The notes under the pieces: generated by a model | Told to the model about the DNA's origin: nothing | Databases searched by the model: none | What the model saw: the letters and a program-made list of their open reading frames with translations, nothing else | Source of the DNA: Bugula neritina | Taxonomy: Eukaryota; Animalia; Bryozoa | Length of the DNA: 64,000 nt | Direction: 5' to 3' | Assembly: GCA_964035545.1 (NCBI GenBank) | Contig: OZ037765.1 | Span: forward strand, 4,288,698-4,352,697 | Shown: positions 14,732 through 26,594 of the stretch, in pieces | Numbering within the stretch: position 1 is the first letter of the stretch | Layout: every line of letters starts with the position of its first letter | Made by a program: the position numbers and the translations under genes

Positions 14732-14989
14732 GGTGATCTTGTTTAATAAAACTGCTTATACTTAAAATTACTGAAAGAAAAACTTTCATGCGCCTAGCTC
14801 TGCAAACAACTGCTGTAAATTATCAGCAATTAACTGAGCATCTGGATGCCTTATCTGAACTGAATTTTTGATAACAGCAGTGCTGATGAAGCATGCAGTC
14901 TTATAGCAGTTATAAGCAAATATAGTAAGTAATCAATGCAACTTAATCTTTTGGTAAAAGGCTAAATATTTGTTATCAAAACAGTTCAT

Positions 14990-15636
14990 GGATAAAAGAT
15001 TTTGAGGTTTCAATAGAAAAAGCCTGTAATTCGGCTTATGGACTAAATGAAGACCTGACAGCACATCTTATATATACAAGTTTCCAAAATGTTGTGGGAG
15101 CCACAAATGGCAAAATGATCAAAGTACATCCTCCGAAACAAAGAAAAGATGGAATTTTTCACAAGAAATGTCAACACAACTGTCAACCTACAGTAAACTT
15201 TTTCTTAAGATGGCTGGAACCTTTCAGTGGAGAAGGCTGCTTCCTGGGCTAGCTGTAATTCTTGGTAACCGTAGACGTCAAGTATCCCAGCTGGCTCCGG
15301 GGTAAGACACACCACTCGTCGCTGAGAGACTTGTGTGGATCAGGGAACATAGAGGTTTGGCACTGGGAGCACTTCCATGCTATCTTTGGATAAGTGGTCG
15401 CCCACACTACTAATCTGCCCACATTACTAATCTTGTCAGCGTCTGCCCAAGGTTGTAGACGTTAACCAAATACAAGGCGTCTGTGTAGCACAGGCATCTC
15501 CCTGCAAGTAGGTTGACACCATGCCTGTGTTGCTTTATGATACTAGTTGCCCAAGTACACACATATATAAATGTTGGTCAATCTGCAAGATGCCTCGTTA
15601 GCCACATTTAACCACAGCTTCTAGACCGTTGAATAG
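14990..15636 (+). pseudogene. Degenerate PIF/Harbinger transposase fragment, interrupted by a ~350 bp insert and ending at an LTR insertion
   Basis: Translates FQNVVGATNGKMIKVHPPKQRKDGIFHKKCQH (cf. Harbinger FPNxxGAIDGTHI..P...NRK..H). Nucleotide-similar to copies at 20.0-23.0 kb; stops at ...GAATAG where the LTR begins. Confidence 0.65.
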
Positions 15637-16051
15637 TGTAGTAGAATTCGACGTGCACTCCAGTATTATAATTTCTTTTGTTGTTTGTTTTTTAGAAGTT
15701 GAATTCCCCCGCCACATTTTTTTACTATCAAGTGATTAACAAGTATGTGAGCCGAAGCTCGGATGAGGTCGGAGCCAAAGGTGCGACTTCGGAAGGGTCT
15801 GTACGATTTCGTATAGATCCTTTCCGACTTCGGCCAGCGGAACTCCGAACCTCGGCCGAGTTTCGGACCCCCAAAATGGCGGGAAATTTTATGTATATAA
15901 GGGGGAGATTTCCAGTGTAAAAGGCAGTTTTACACTATACAGAAATAAAGACTATTATACTCAACACTCAAGGAAAACTTTTATTCAGTAAATAATAGTA
16001 CTGTCATGTAGACTACTTAATCTATTTCACATAAACCGGAAAACCATTACA
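15637..16051 (+). repeat. 5' LTR of Gypsy element 1
   Basis: TG...CA termini with imperfect IR (TGTAGT/ATTACA), TATA (15894-15900), AATAAA (15944-15949), ends 1 nt before the PBS. Confidence 0.8.
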
Positions 16052-16052
16052 T

Positions 16053-16069
16053 TGGTGGCAGCGGTGGGA
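16053..16069 (+). promoter_or_regulatory. Primer-binding site complementary to tRNA-Leu (AAG/TAG type) 3' end
   Basis: TGGTGGCAGCGGTGGGA = reverse complement of ...UCCCACCGCUGCCA-CCA, immediately after the LTR CA. Confidence 0.85.
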
Positions 16070-16163
16070 AGAAATAGATAAGAACAAGCAGCCATACTAG
16101 GAAAAGAAAGAAGAAGCAATGGGAGATGAAGGAAAAAGATTGTGAGAGGACGAGAGTCTCACC

Positions 16164-16997
16164 ATGGAAGCCCTCATCACAGCCCTTCGAGAAGTCAGCA
16201 GGGCCGGACAGGCAGCACCTGGAGACAGGTATCGCCTGAAGCCCCCAATTTTTCGAGGCGACGGAGACGTCGAACAGTTTATTAGGGAGTTCGAAGAGGT
16301 AGCCACCCTCGCCGAATGGCCGGCACAGGTGCGCCTCCTTCAACTCTGAACTTGCTTAACTGGTCAAGCAAAGAGTTATGCTCTCAGGCCTGATGCAGAC
16401 CATATTTTTCAGGCTCTTGGGTCTCATTTCTGGTTGACCGCCCTTGCTGCAAAGGATCGCCTGCGAACCATACGCAGGGATAGAAAGAATGCTATCGAGG
16501 CATTAGCGCAGGTAGCCCACTGTAATGACGAGCCTGAAGTACAAAGAAGCGCCGTGTATGAGGCCTTTTTTCACACCATCAACAACCCTGGGTTGCAACG
16601 GTACTACCTGGCAGCGAAAGTCACCACCATCGAAGAAGCCCTGACTCTGGGAAAGGCCTACTACCAAGTAGAGGGACCCCAGAGGGCAGATTTCATCGCC
16701 AACCAGGTTGAGGAACAACCCAAAGTCACCAAGCCGGATCTGGTGACCCCACAAATCGTGGCCACAGCTACCCCCTCGCCTGACCAACTTACCATGTTGA
16801 TGGAGATGGTAAAAGGTCTCCAGGCTGACATGAAGAGAATGCAACAAGAACAGACTGATAGGCGGGCGGCCAGATCTCGGGGCGAACCAATCAGCTCTGC
16901 GCATCTCACCTGTTGGGGATGCGGTGCCAGGGGACATGTGCGGAAACAGTGTCCCCAGGAAAGGAGGGTGTCTTTAAACACCCGAGGCTCACGGTAA
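16164..16997 (+). pseudogene. gag: Gypsy gag (capsid + CCHC zinc knuckle) with one in-frame stop
   Basis: ORFs 16164-16349 and 16434-16997 share a frame (KPPIFRGDGDVEQFIREFEEVA...CWGCGARGHVRKQC); TGA at 16347-16349. Confidence 0.8.
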
Positions 16998-17016
16998 CTT
17001 CCGCCAACTGTGGGCC
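16973..17016 (+). promoter_or_regulatory. -1 programmed ribosomal frameshift signal (gag-pol)
   Basis: Slippery T_TTA_AAC in gag frame (16973-16979), 6-nt spacer, 10-bp stem GGCTCACGGT/ACTGTGGGCC; the -1 frame is open (ORF 16913-17164). Confidence 0.7.
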
Positions 17017-18534
17017 CCAAGCCAACACCATCCGGGAGAAGATGGCCCGAGAGGCCTCTTCCGGGCCCGTCGATGCTGTGTGGCAGGCACAGCGGAGACG
17101 TCGGAGACCGCAAGGTCTGCCCGACCCTCTAATCCAGCCACTTACTACCCGGATGGAACTTTGAGACGCACGGTGGCAGGCACCTCGGAGATCTCGGAAA
17201 CCGCAAGGTTTGCCCAACCCTCTGGCTGGGGCGCTGGTGGGGAAGCACCACTCCATCTAAGAAGCTGATGCGAAGCCGGCACTGGACACAGTGGCCGACA
17301 CCCAGGGAGACTCCCCTTGTGCTAGTTGAGGAGCAGTCCCGGAACACATGGCTGATCTGTATGGTAGAGCATGTGGCAACTGTACTAGTAGTGCTGAACG
17401 CCAGGTACTGGCTCAACTACGGATAGAGCACAGTGAATGTCAATTAGCCAACGTAGCCTTGCGAGAAAAACAATGGGCAGTGCAAACAGAAGATTCTGAA
17501 GAACCCCCCCCCCCCTATACCGAGAGGGAAACTGGGTGTGGATGGTCAGCTACCGTAGGCGTCGCGGACAGTCGGCTAAATTACAGCCCAAGTTTGTCGG
17601 CCCCTACTGTGTAATAGAGGATTTGCCGAACCACACATACCGTGTGGAACGCTCAGGACAAATGTCCGTCCAAAACGAGCAGCGGTTTAAACCCTACTAC
17701 GGTAGCCCAGAAGCCACAGGACAGGCATCACCATTGCTAGAACTAGCCCGCCAACCCATATTTCGCGAAAGGAGGAATCAACCCAGGGACTGTGAAATAT
17801 TTATTCGTAAACCCCAAGAAGTTGACAACACCCTAGAACCACAGCCTCAAAATCCACCACCAATTCCTCCCACCCTGAAACCATCCCCGTGATCACTCGA
17901 ACAGAAGACCCTCCATCACCACCAGAAGACCCGGAAGAAACACCCCCAACACAAGACACTCGAGACCAACCAGACACTTCGTGTATCGACACCTTAGAAA
18001 GAGGTAGAAGAAATAGAAGACCCCCAAAATACTTGGCTGATTACCACGCAGGCTGTTAAGCTGACCCTCAACTTTCGAGTTATTCACTCAAAACGAGTAC
18101 GAACTCGACTCACAACACCAAACCACCGTAAACAACTTAAAAACTGAAGAGAAGCGAAGCCGAAATTCGGGGAAAACACCGATACCCGGAGTTGCCCAAC
18201 CTAATAGACCGATCTTGTGACCGGCGACTCCGCGTGTTTTAAAATAAAAATGCAAAACTCGCCCATTTTGACCACAGCTCTAGAAGATAAATGACGTGTT
18301 TTTGAATCTATAACTAAATTAAGAAAGAAAATGGAACAAGTCGCAGCTAAAAACATTAAAACCACCACACAATCAGGTATTTCTAGCTACTAGGACCTCC
18401 TTTTACGGAGTACAGTAGCTCATTTGATTCGTTTTCACCTGATTACCAGTTGGAAACTGAATTGTTTCATGACAGTGACTGTCGGATGGATTTAGGAGAG
18501 TCCCCAGTCTATGACTACCTGCTAGACCAGTAGA

Positions 18535-19490
18535 TTGGACGGGTGGCTCTCCAACTATCACTCGACTTATCACTCTGTCAGAGGGTTCCATACAAAGAGA
18601 TGCCGAATTTCGGCACCGGCAGAATCGGCCAATCACGGCTTCTACTTTCTGCTTCAGAAGCCATGGATGGAGTGCGGAGATGTTGGGGCGAGTGACACCG
18701 GCTCCCTACCCCTAGTGACCCGAGAAGCTGTTGCCAGCCCACAGGTAACCCCTTCACCTGAACCTTCATCCCCGGTTTATTCAGAAGAGAATGCTACCCC
18801 ACCAGCTGATGACCCGCTCCCCGAGGAAGACCCGCAGTTGAAAGACAAGCCTGCGTACCCGCAGCTGGCCATCACACAGGTGTTGACAGAGCGACTGCAC
18901 TGGACTACGGCCAAAACAAGGCTTAAAATAGAGAATGATTGTGGGGAAGTCGGCAATCGCAAGTGCCGCCAGTGTGGTAGGAAATTTTCTACCTCCCAGC
19001 GACTGCACGTGCCCCAGCACTACACGAATGTCTTTTGTTCGTGTGCGAATTTTCATTTAAAAAAGACGTGTTGCAGCACCAACGCATAGCCCGCTGCCAC
19101 ACGGGCCAGACATTCGTTGTAGACGCGGAGACCTTCCACGAGTTTTGGGATCTAGCCGTGCCCAACTTCTGTGATCCCCACAAACGGGCTACGCTCGCCC
19201 AGGGGTTTCCAGCATGTCGGCATACACAAGAAAGCACTGATGACGATGCAGCACCAACGGCCCGACCAGCAGCCACCCAGCCTTTCAGGGTCGTGCTGGC
19301 CCGGGTAGACGACGCCGGGACACAGATCCCTCCCAGACACAAGCGAAGACGACAGCAGGGACCCAAGCCTTCAGCTTCAGCCCCTACCCCGACGGACAAG
19401 GTGCGGTGCTCGCATGAGGAGGAGGTTTTCCGCCCCAGGCGCCAGCCACAGCGCGTAGATAGCGAGCTGCGCTCCATCCATCACAAAAAC
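18535..19490 (+). pseudogene. Frameshifted extra ORF (ORF3) downstream of pol: zinc-finger protein
   Basis: PYKEMPNFG motif; CRQCGRKFSTSQRLHVPQH, CSC..VLQHQRIARC; homologous to 25327-26324. Confidence 0.65.
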
Positions 19491-19785
19491 ACTACATTGG
19501 TGGCAGCAGTGGGATCTCAAAATAAATGAGCAGCACAATACTAGAAAGATAAATTGACAGGATGGACAGACCAGAAGGAGGAGAGGAAGTTCTCACAATG
19601 GAGATCTTGGTTACAGCCCTTCGGAAGTCGGCAAGGTTAGACAAACGCCACCTGGGGACAGGTGCCGCCTCAGGACCCTGATTTTCGGAGATGACGACGT
19701 TGAGCAGGTCGACCGAGAGTTAGAGGATGTGGCCACCATTGCCAAATGGGCGGCACCAGCGAGACTCTTTCAACTCCAACCTTGA
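19491..19785 (+). mobile_element. LTR end (ACTACA) + second tRNA-Leu PBS (19498-19515) + degenerate gag 5' end of a related Gypsy copy
   Basis: TGGTGGCAGCAGTGGGAT; ATG at 19598 followed by sequence similar to 16164-16345 with frameshifts. Confidence 0.75.
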
Positions 19786-19789
19786 AGAG

Positions 19790-22700
19790 AAAAATTGGAT
19801 GTGATTTTCCAAAAGGACGGCAAATGATTCATGTGCCATTGGATTACTTTTGTGAATTTAGAACATGAATTTCTTGAAGTGAAACTAATGTATCTTTTAT
19901 TAGACATTAAATGTCTGGTAAAACCAGTTTGATAAAAACACCGTTGAGCTTAGAGGAGCGGGAACCACAATAAAAACAAGTACTGTTTATGAGACACAAA
20001 ACATTAAGATTTCAAGATTCTAGTAGGAAATAAACTGTAATTCTGCTTATGGACTAAATGAAAACCTGAATGTGCCATATATTATAGATACAAGTTTCCG
20101 AATGTTGAGGGAGCCATAAACCGAACAATGATTGGAGTACATCCTCCACAAGAAAAAATATACTTTCACAAGAAAACTCAACACAAGGGTCAATCTGGCA
20201 GCAAACTAGATGAAGATGCAAGTGAAAGAAGTAAAATTTCTATGACTAACAGCATTGTATGTCAGTTAGAAGTTTTGAATCGCAAAAATTGTGATATTTA
20301 CAGAGAGAATAGAACGCGACAAAAACTAATACCATGGGCAAACCAGAGTCTAACTGTAGAGAAAGGTTATTTACAAAAACCGCTAAAATTGAATGAAATC
20401 CTCCCAAAGGAAGAATGGCAGAAAATTTTATGTGCCATGTGGATTGCCATTGTCGATTTAGGACATGCTCGTACAATGCAAGTAACATGAACTTCTTGAA
20501 GTGAATCTAATGTATCTCTTAGTGGAAATTCAATGCCTGGTAAAACAAGCTTGATAGAAACACTGTTGAGCTTAGATGGCGAGAGAGAACTATCAATGAA
20601 AAGCTAATATATACCTTATTTGAAATTCATTGTCGGGTAAAACCAGCCTAGTAAAAACTCTGGGGAGCTTAGATGAGAGAGAATGAAAACAAGTACTGTT
20701 TATTGGACAAATAATATATAAATATTTTGATATTTTAATGGGACAAAGCCCTAATACTGCTTATGGACTAAATGAAAACCTGACAGCACTACATCTTAGA
20801 GATAAAAGTTTCCGAAAAGTTAAGGGAGCCATAAATGGCACAATGATTGAAGTTCATCCTCTGCAATAAAGAAAAGATGGACTTATTCACAAAAAATTCA
20901 ATACAAGTGTCAATCTCAAAGAAGTATGCAGCGCAAATGAAAAAAACTATATAAATATTGGTCAATCTGCAAGATGTCATGATAGCCACATTTATTGTCG
21001 ATCAACGCTAGCTTCGAGGTCACTGAATAGGCAATTTTATGTAATCAGTAATTCTGCATATGGACTAAATGAAAACCTGACCACGATATATTATAAAGCT
21101 ACGAGGGTCAGCTGTAAAAAATTTACAATAAGACACACTCGTTAACAAAAATGGCTATAGAAAAAGTTTTTGGGATTCGAAAAATCGATGGCTAAGACTC
21201 AATTTGAAAACGAACATAGAATTTGCCGATAACAGAGTAGCGTGCTGCTGCCTCTATAGTATTTGCATCGAGCACCACAAAGACTTAAAATCTGCTCTAC
21301 TAACATTTTCTGAAGACAGCTATTATGTTTTCAACTTTTTAAATGCTAATAAAAAGAGAAATGCTTTAGTGAACTACGTTTTTTATAGCAGGTCACCTTG
21401 TGTTAAATATATTATGTTAAATTTCATTCATTCTGGTTGAATAGAGTACCTGCAGCTTTGAACAAATTTAAAAAATCATTCGTTGTAATGTTTATTTAAA
21501 AAGAAAATACAAATAGCAAGAAATATTGCCAACACAGAGTAAATAAATAATCCTATAGATGTAGAGCTAATGACATTAAATTTTGCAGTTATCAAAACTA
21601 CATGACTGGGAACCTTTTGCAGATATCTTGGTGATTTTGTGAAACTCCATCAACAAGTGAATGCATAGTGAGTACTAAATAAAACTTAAAGCTAGATGAA
21701 GATGCAAGTGAAGAAAGTAAATTTTGTGTGACTAACAGCATTGTGTATGTCAGTTGAATGTTTTGAATCACAAAATTTGTGATATTTACAGAGAAAGTAG
21801 AACAAAGCAACTGGCCTGAAGCCTTGCTAACCCACCTGGGTGATTTATTCGGCAATGGCATCACATGGTTAGATTATGGATTCGATCTCATTGAGAAGAG
21901 GACCTGAATGTAGAACAATCACTAATTGCATTACTCAAGTTGATGAAAGCCTATCGTGGGCTGCAAGAGTTACAAAATTCAACTGAATACCTCCGAACTG
22001 GTTACTAACAGTGCCTTTGAGTCACACAAACAAGTGAGTGAAAGCCATTTTGAAGGGAAAAAACTAATAGAAAGTTTGTTTACAAAAAGGCGCAAAAATG
22101 AAAGAAATTCTGTAAAAGGAAGAACGACAAAAAGTTAATGTACTCAGTGGATTGTCATTTGTGTATTTAGGACATGTTCATACAGTCCAAATAAAGTGAA
22201 ATTCTTGAAGTGAAGCTAATATATATCTCATTGTAAATTCAATGCCTGGTAAAACCAGCCTAATAAAAGTTCTGGTGAGCTTAGATGGCGAGAGAGAACT
22301 ACCAATGAAAAGCTAATATATCTTATTGGAAATCCAATGCCTGGTAAAACCAGCCTAATAAGAACTTTGGGGAGCTTAGATGAAAGAGAATGAAAACAAG
22401 TACTGTTTATTGGACAAATAATATATAAATATTTTGATATTTTAATGGGACACAGCCTGTGATTCTGCTTATGGACTAAATGAAAACCTGACAGCACTAC
22501 AGCTTATAGAAAAGTTTTCGAAATGTCAAGGGAGCCACAAATGATTGAAGTACATTCTCTGCAATGAATAAAAGATGGACTTTTCACAAGAAAATTCAAC
22601 ACAACCGTCAATCTCACAGCAGTATACAATTGCAAAAAAATTGTATATAAATATTGGTCAATCTGCAAGATGCTGTGATAGCCGCATTTATTATCGATCA

Positions 22701-24010
22701 ACGCTAGCTTCGAGGCCACTGAATAGGCAATTTCATGTCATTAGTGATTCTGCATTTGAATTAAATGAAAACCTGACCACGGCACATATAAAGCCAGAAG
22801 GCTCAGCTGTAAGAACTTTAAAATAAGACATACTCGTCAACAACAATGGTTATAGAGTTTTGAGACTTGAAAAATAGTTGGCCAAGAGTTAATTTGAAAA
22901 CAAACATAGAATTTGCCGATAAAATAGCTGTGTGCTGCTGCCTTCACAATATTTGCATTGAGCATGAAGATGTACTGTCAACATTTCCTAAAAAACGCTA
23001 AAAGACTTTCAATTTTTCAAATGCTAATGAAAAAAGATGCTACTGCAAATTACATTTTTAGCAAATAATCTTGTGTTGAACATCATGTTAAATTTTATTC
23101 ATTTAAAAATGCTTGAATAAATTATCTGCAGCTTCTAACAAACTTAAAAGAATTGTATGTACTGTTGATTGAAAAAAAAACAAATAGTAAAAAAATTATG
23201 TTGAATTAGATTAAATAAATAATCCTATAGATGTATAACTAATGACGTTGAATTTTGTAGTCATCAATAATTACATGACTGTAAAGGTTCTGCAGATACA
23301 TCTTGATGATTCATTGAAACTTCATAAACAAGTGCATGCATAAGTAGGAAACACAACTCACCATTGCCTGTACTACAACAAATTGCAAACAGAAGCGAGG
23401 ATTTCTTTAATTTTTCAGTAAGTACTAAATAAAACTGAAAGCCAGATGAAGACGCAAGTGAGGGAAGCAACATTTGTATGATTAACAGCATTGTGATTTC
23501 AGTAAAAAGTTATGATTGCGATTTTTACAGGGAAAAGTGAAAAATGGGACTTTCCAAAAGATTTGCTAACCCACCTTGGCAGCAATGGAACTTTATGGCT
23601 AGATTATGGATTAACTTTCATTGAGAAGAGAACCTGAATGTATAATAATCACTAATTGTATTACCCAAGTTGTTGATTGGAATCAATCGTAGATTGCAAG
23701 AAGTACAAAATTCAACTGAACACCTCCGAATTGGTTACTAACAGTGCCTTTGAGTCACAAACATGTGACAAAAAGCCCTTTTGAAGACAAAAAAATCCTA
23801 ATCCCTTGAGCAAACCAGACCGTAACTGTAGAGGAGAAAGGTTGTCGACAAAAAATCTGAAAAAAGGACCAAATTTTCCCAAAGAACCGCAAATTTATGT
23901 GTGCCACGAGGATTGCCATTGTGGATTTAGGACATGCTCATGCAATTGGGTTTCTTGAAGTGAACATAATATATCTCTTAATGGAAATTCAAGCCTGGTA
24001 AATCCAGCTT
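19790..24010 (+). pseudogene. Head-to-tail array (~1.5-1.75 kb period, ~3 copies plus sub-duplications) of degenerate PIF/Harbinger transposase
   Basis: Motifs recoverable across frameshifts: FPNVEGAIN, GAINGTMIEVHP, SARCHDSHIY/CDSRIY, VISDSAFEL/VISNSAYGL, YNKTHS..MAIEKVFG, ACCCLYSICIE. Anchor GATGAAGATGCAAGTG recurs at ~20210, ~21695, ~23445. Confidence 0.75.
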
Positions 24011-25142
24011 GATGTTGGGCGACGCCCGGAGGAGCCTGCTCCTCGGTCGGGGTCTGGAAGAATGAGACGTGATGCTGCCGCAAATCATGCGGGCTTACCG
24101 CAGCACACCACACTCCGCCACGCAAGAGACCCCAAACTTTCTGATGCTGGGCCGAGAGACGCGGGTCCCGGAACACCTGACATACTATGTTCCCGCCCCC
24201 GAGTCACCAGTACATGAATACGTGGAGGTCTGATAGAAATCATGGGCAGTGCTCATGATGTACTGCGGGCCCAGCAGTGGCAGACCCGCACAGAAGACTC
24301 AGAAGAGCCCCCATTGTACCAGGTGGGAGACTGGGTCTGAATGGTGAGCTATCGCAGGCGACGCGGACAGTCGACTAAACTCCGGCCCAAGTTCGTCGGC
24401 CCTTACTGCGTGGTGGAGGTACCGCCTAATCACACGTACCGTGTGGAGCGCTCTGGACAGATCTCAGTCCAGAGCGAGCAACGCCTGAAGCCTTGCCATG
24501 CCAGCCCAGACGCGGTGAGTCAGGCTCTGCCCCTCCTGGAGCCCAACCGCCAGCCCAACTGTCGAGGACGGGCCACCCAGACCCAAGAAGTGGAAATTGT
24601 CGTCCCAAGGGAGGCGGATCAGGAGCAGGCCGCCTTGCTGGAGCAGCTGGAACAACAGCAAAGGGAAGAGCAGGAGCGAGAACAGCAACAAGCCCTAGGG
24701 CCACCACCCTCCCTGGGGGAGGACACCCCCACCCGCATGCTGGGTGAAGGCGGGGACCCCCTACTATGGCAGCCGAGGAACCACTGGCTCCATCAAGGCC
24801 TGCTCCAACTGAGAGGAGCCAGCGGTCACGAAGATCCCCCCAGATACCTGGCAGATTATGCTGTAGGGCATCTAGAGTTACCCCCTCATGATGGTAACCC
24901 ACCCAGTACTGATGACCACCCCAACTTGGTTGGAAATTCCCTCTATTACCCCGGAGAATTCCACCAAGAAGAAAAATGGCAGACCGAATTTCGGAAGACA
25001 CGCGACCGCACGAGTTGTCTTTTCGAAATCCGGTGGAAATTCCCACGGGTCACGCGACTCGGGCTTTGGCAGGTAATAACTCTGAAGCACGAGGTTTAGC
25101 CAAGTTGAATTAAATTCTAACTCCGATACTTCTAAAGTTAAT

Positions 25143-26324
25143 TTGAATACTATCATTCAGACTCTGTCATCAGTTATGGGGATTACATTGCCAGATACTC
25201 AAACAGGTACTTCTTTAAGGCTAGATCCTCCAAATACGGAGTCTAGCCGAACTAATATAGATTGGTCAATATTAGACTCACTGGGATCTAATCTCTTAGA
25301 ACCGGAGGCCGAGATGGATTTTCGAGATGACTGCCCTCGATTTTTTGTTGGATCAAGACGTGGGCTCGGTCACTCTCTGCGACTCTTCTCGGCCCCCAGT
25401 TTATAACTTGGCTCCATATAAACGTATGCCGAATTTCGGTGATAGTGAGACCGGCTTATCACAGCCTCTACTATCTGTTGCAGAGGAGCGTATGGATACC
25501 GAGGAGGCCAGTCGATCCGACTCCCCACCAGCTTCTGTTCCGGCTCCCCACAGCCAGCAGGACGCCACCCCCTCTTCCGAGGTGTGTTCCGCCAGCATTA
25601 GTGGCTCTGACCCCAAACCGGTCGAGCTCCAGCTCACAGCCGGGGAGGAGCAGGGCATCCTACACGGCGACTACCCCGCAGGAGAAGAAGATTCCCCAAT
25701 ACTGGCCCTGCCTCGGGCCCTGGTCGCCCGCCAGTATTGGATATCTGGAGCTACCAATCTTAAGATTGGTCAGGCATGCGGTGAGCCGGGCAACCGCATT
25801 TGCCACCAGTGCCAGAGGAAATTCTCCTCTGCACGGCGTTTGCGAGTGCACGCTCCTCAGCGGGACTATGTGCTAAGACACCAGCGCATATCTCGCTGCC
25901 ACACGGGCTACACGTTTGCTGTAGACCAGGCTACTTTTCCCGAATTTCGGGACCTGGTGTTGCCACACGTGGCTGATCCCCATAAACGGGCTGCGCTCGC
26001 CCTGGGATTCCTCGCGTGTCGGCCTGTTCAAGAAGACGAGGGGGAGCCCGTCGCGACACCCCAACCGGCAGCCACCCAACCACTTCGGGTCATGCTGGCA
26101 CGGGTCGGATCAGCCGTCAGGACCGATTCCTCGGACCTGGGATCCCGACCCTCGGCGGCGGGCGAGAAGCAGAGGCGACGGACCAGCTACAGTGCCACTG
26201 ACTGCCCCAGACATCAGCTCAACTGGAGGAGGAGGTGCGGCACCTACGCAGATACGAAGAATTGGGGCAGCTGAGGAGGCGCGTGAATCGCCTGGAGCGG
26301 AGACAAGCTGGGGACCGCCAATAA
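25143..26324 (+). pseudogene. Extra ORF3 of Gypsy element 2: zinc finger(s) + C-terminal coiled coil, frameshifted
   Basis: ORF 25327-26274 (PYKRMPNFG, CHQCQRKFSSARRLRVH, VLRHQRISRCH); alternative frame ends QLEEEVRHLRRYEELGQLRRRVNRLERR. Confidence 0.65.
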
Positions 26325-26594
26325 GGGTCACAACCACCCAACAATGGTGGCGGGTGCATTTAGTATTGTGTATATGTTATTTGTTTCTGTTTCCTTTATT
26401 CGTGTGTGAACAGAATTTTTGCTTTCTGTTTTTATCGCTGCATGGCTACCATATATTTGTTTTTTTTTCTTATTTGTTAAATGTGTGTTATATTGTCGTG
26501 TCATGTGTGTTTATATTGTGTGTGTTGGTGTTGTTTTTGTTTTTATGTGTGTACGCCTCTTTATCGGAAAGCATGCTTTCCGATGGGGGGTGTG

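Larger units (their letters stand above)
15637..19785 (+). mobile_element. Ty3/Gypsy LTR retrotransposon 1, internally deleted (5'LTR-PBS-gag-pol remnants-ORF3), fused to the PBS/gag start of a second copy
   Basis: LTR TGTAGT...ATTACA, tRNA-Leu PBS, gag with CCHC knuckle, pre-RT linker (VPEHMADLYGRAC), integrase GPY/F tail (KLQPKFVGPY). Protease, RT, RNase H and IN core are absent; no 3' LTR. Confidence 0.85.

Noticed and set aside
16047-19477. Many overlapping minus-strand ORFs in the Gypsy regions (also 24426-26337)
   Set aside because: Expected shadow ORFs of GC-rich coding remnants; no recognisable motifs.
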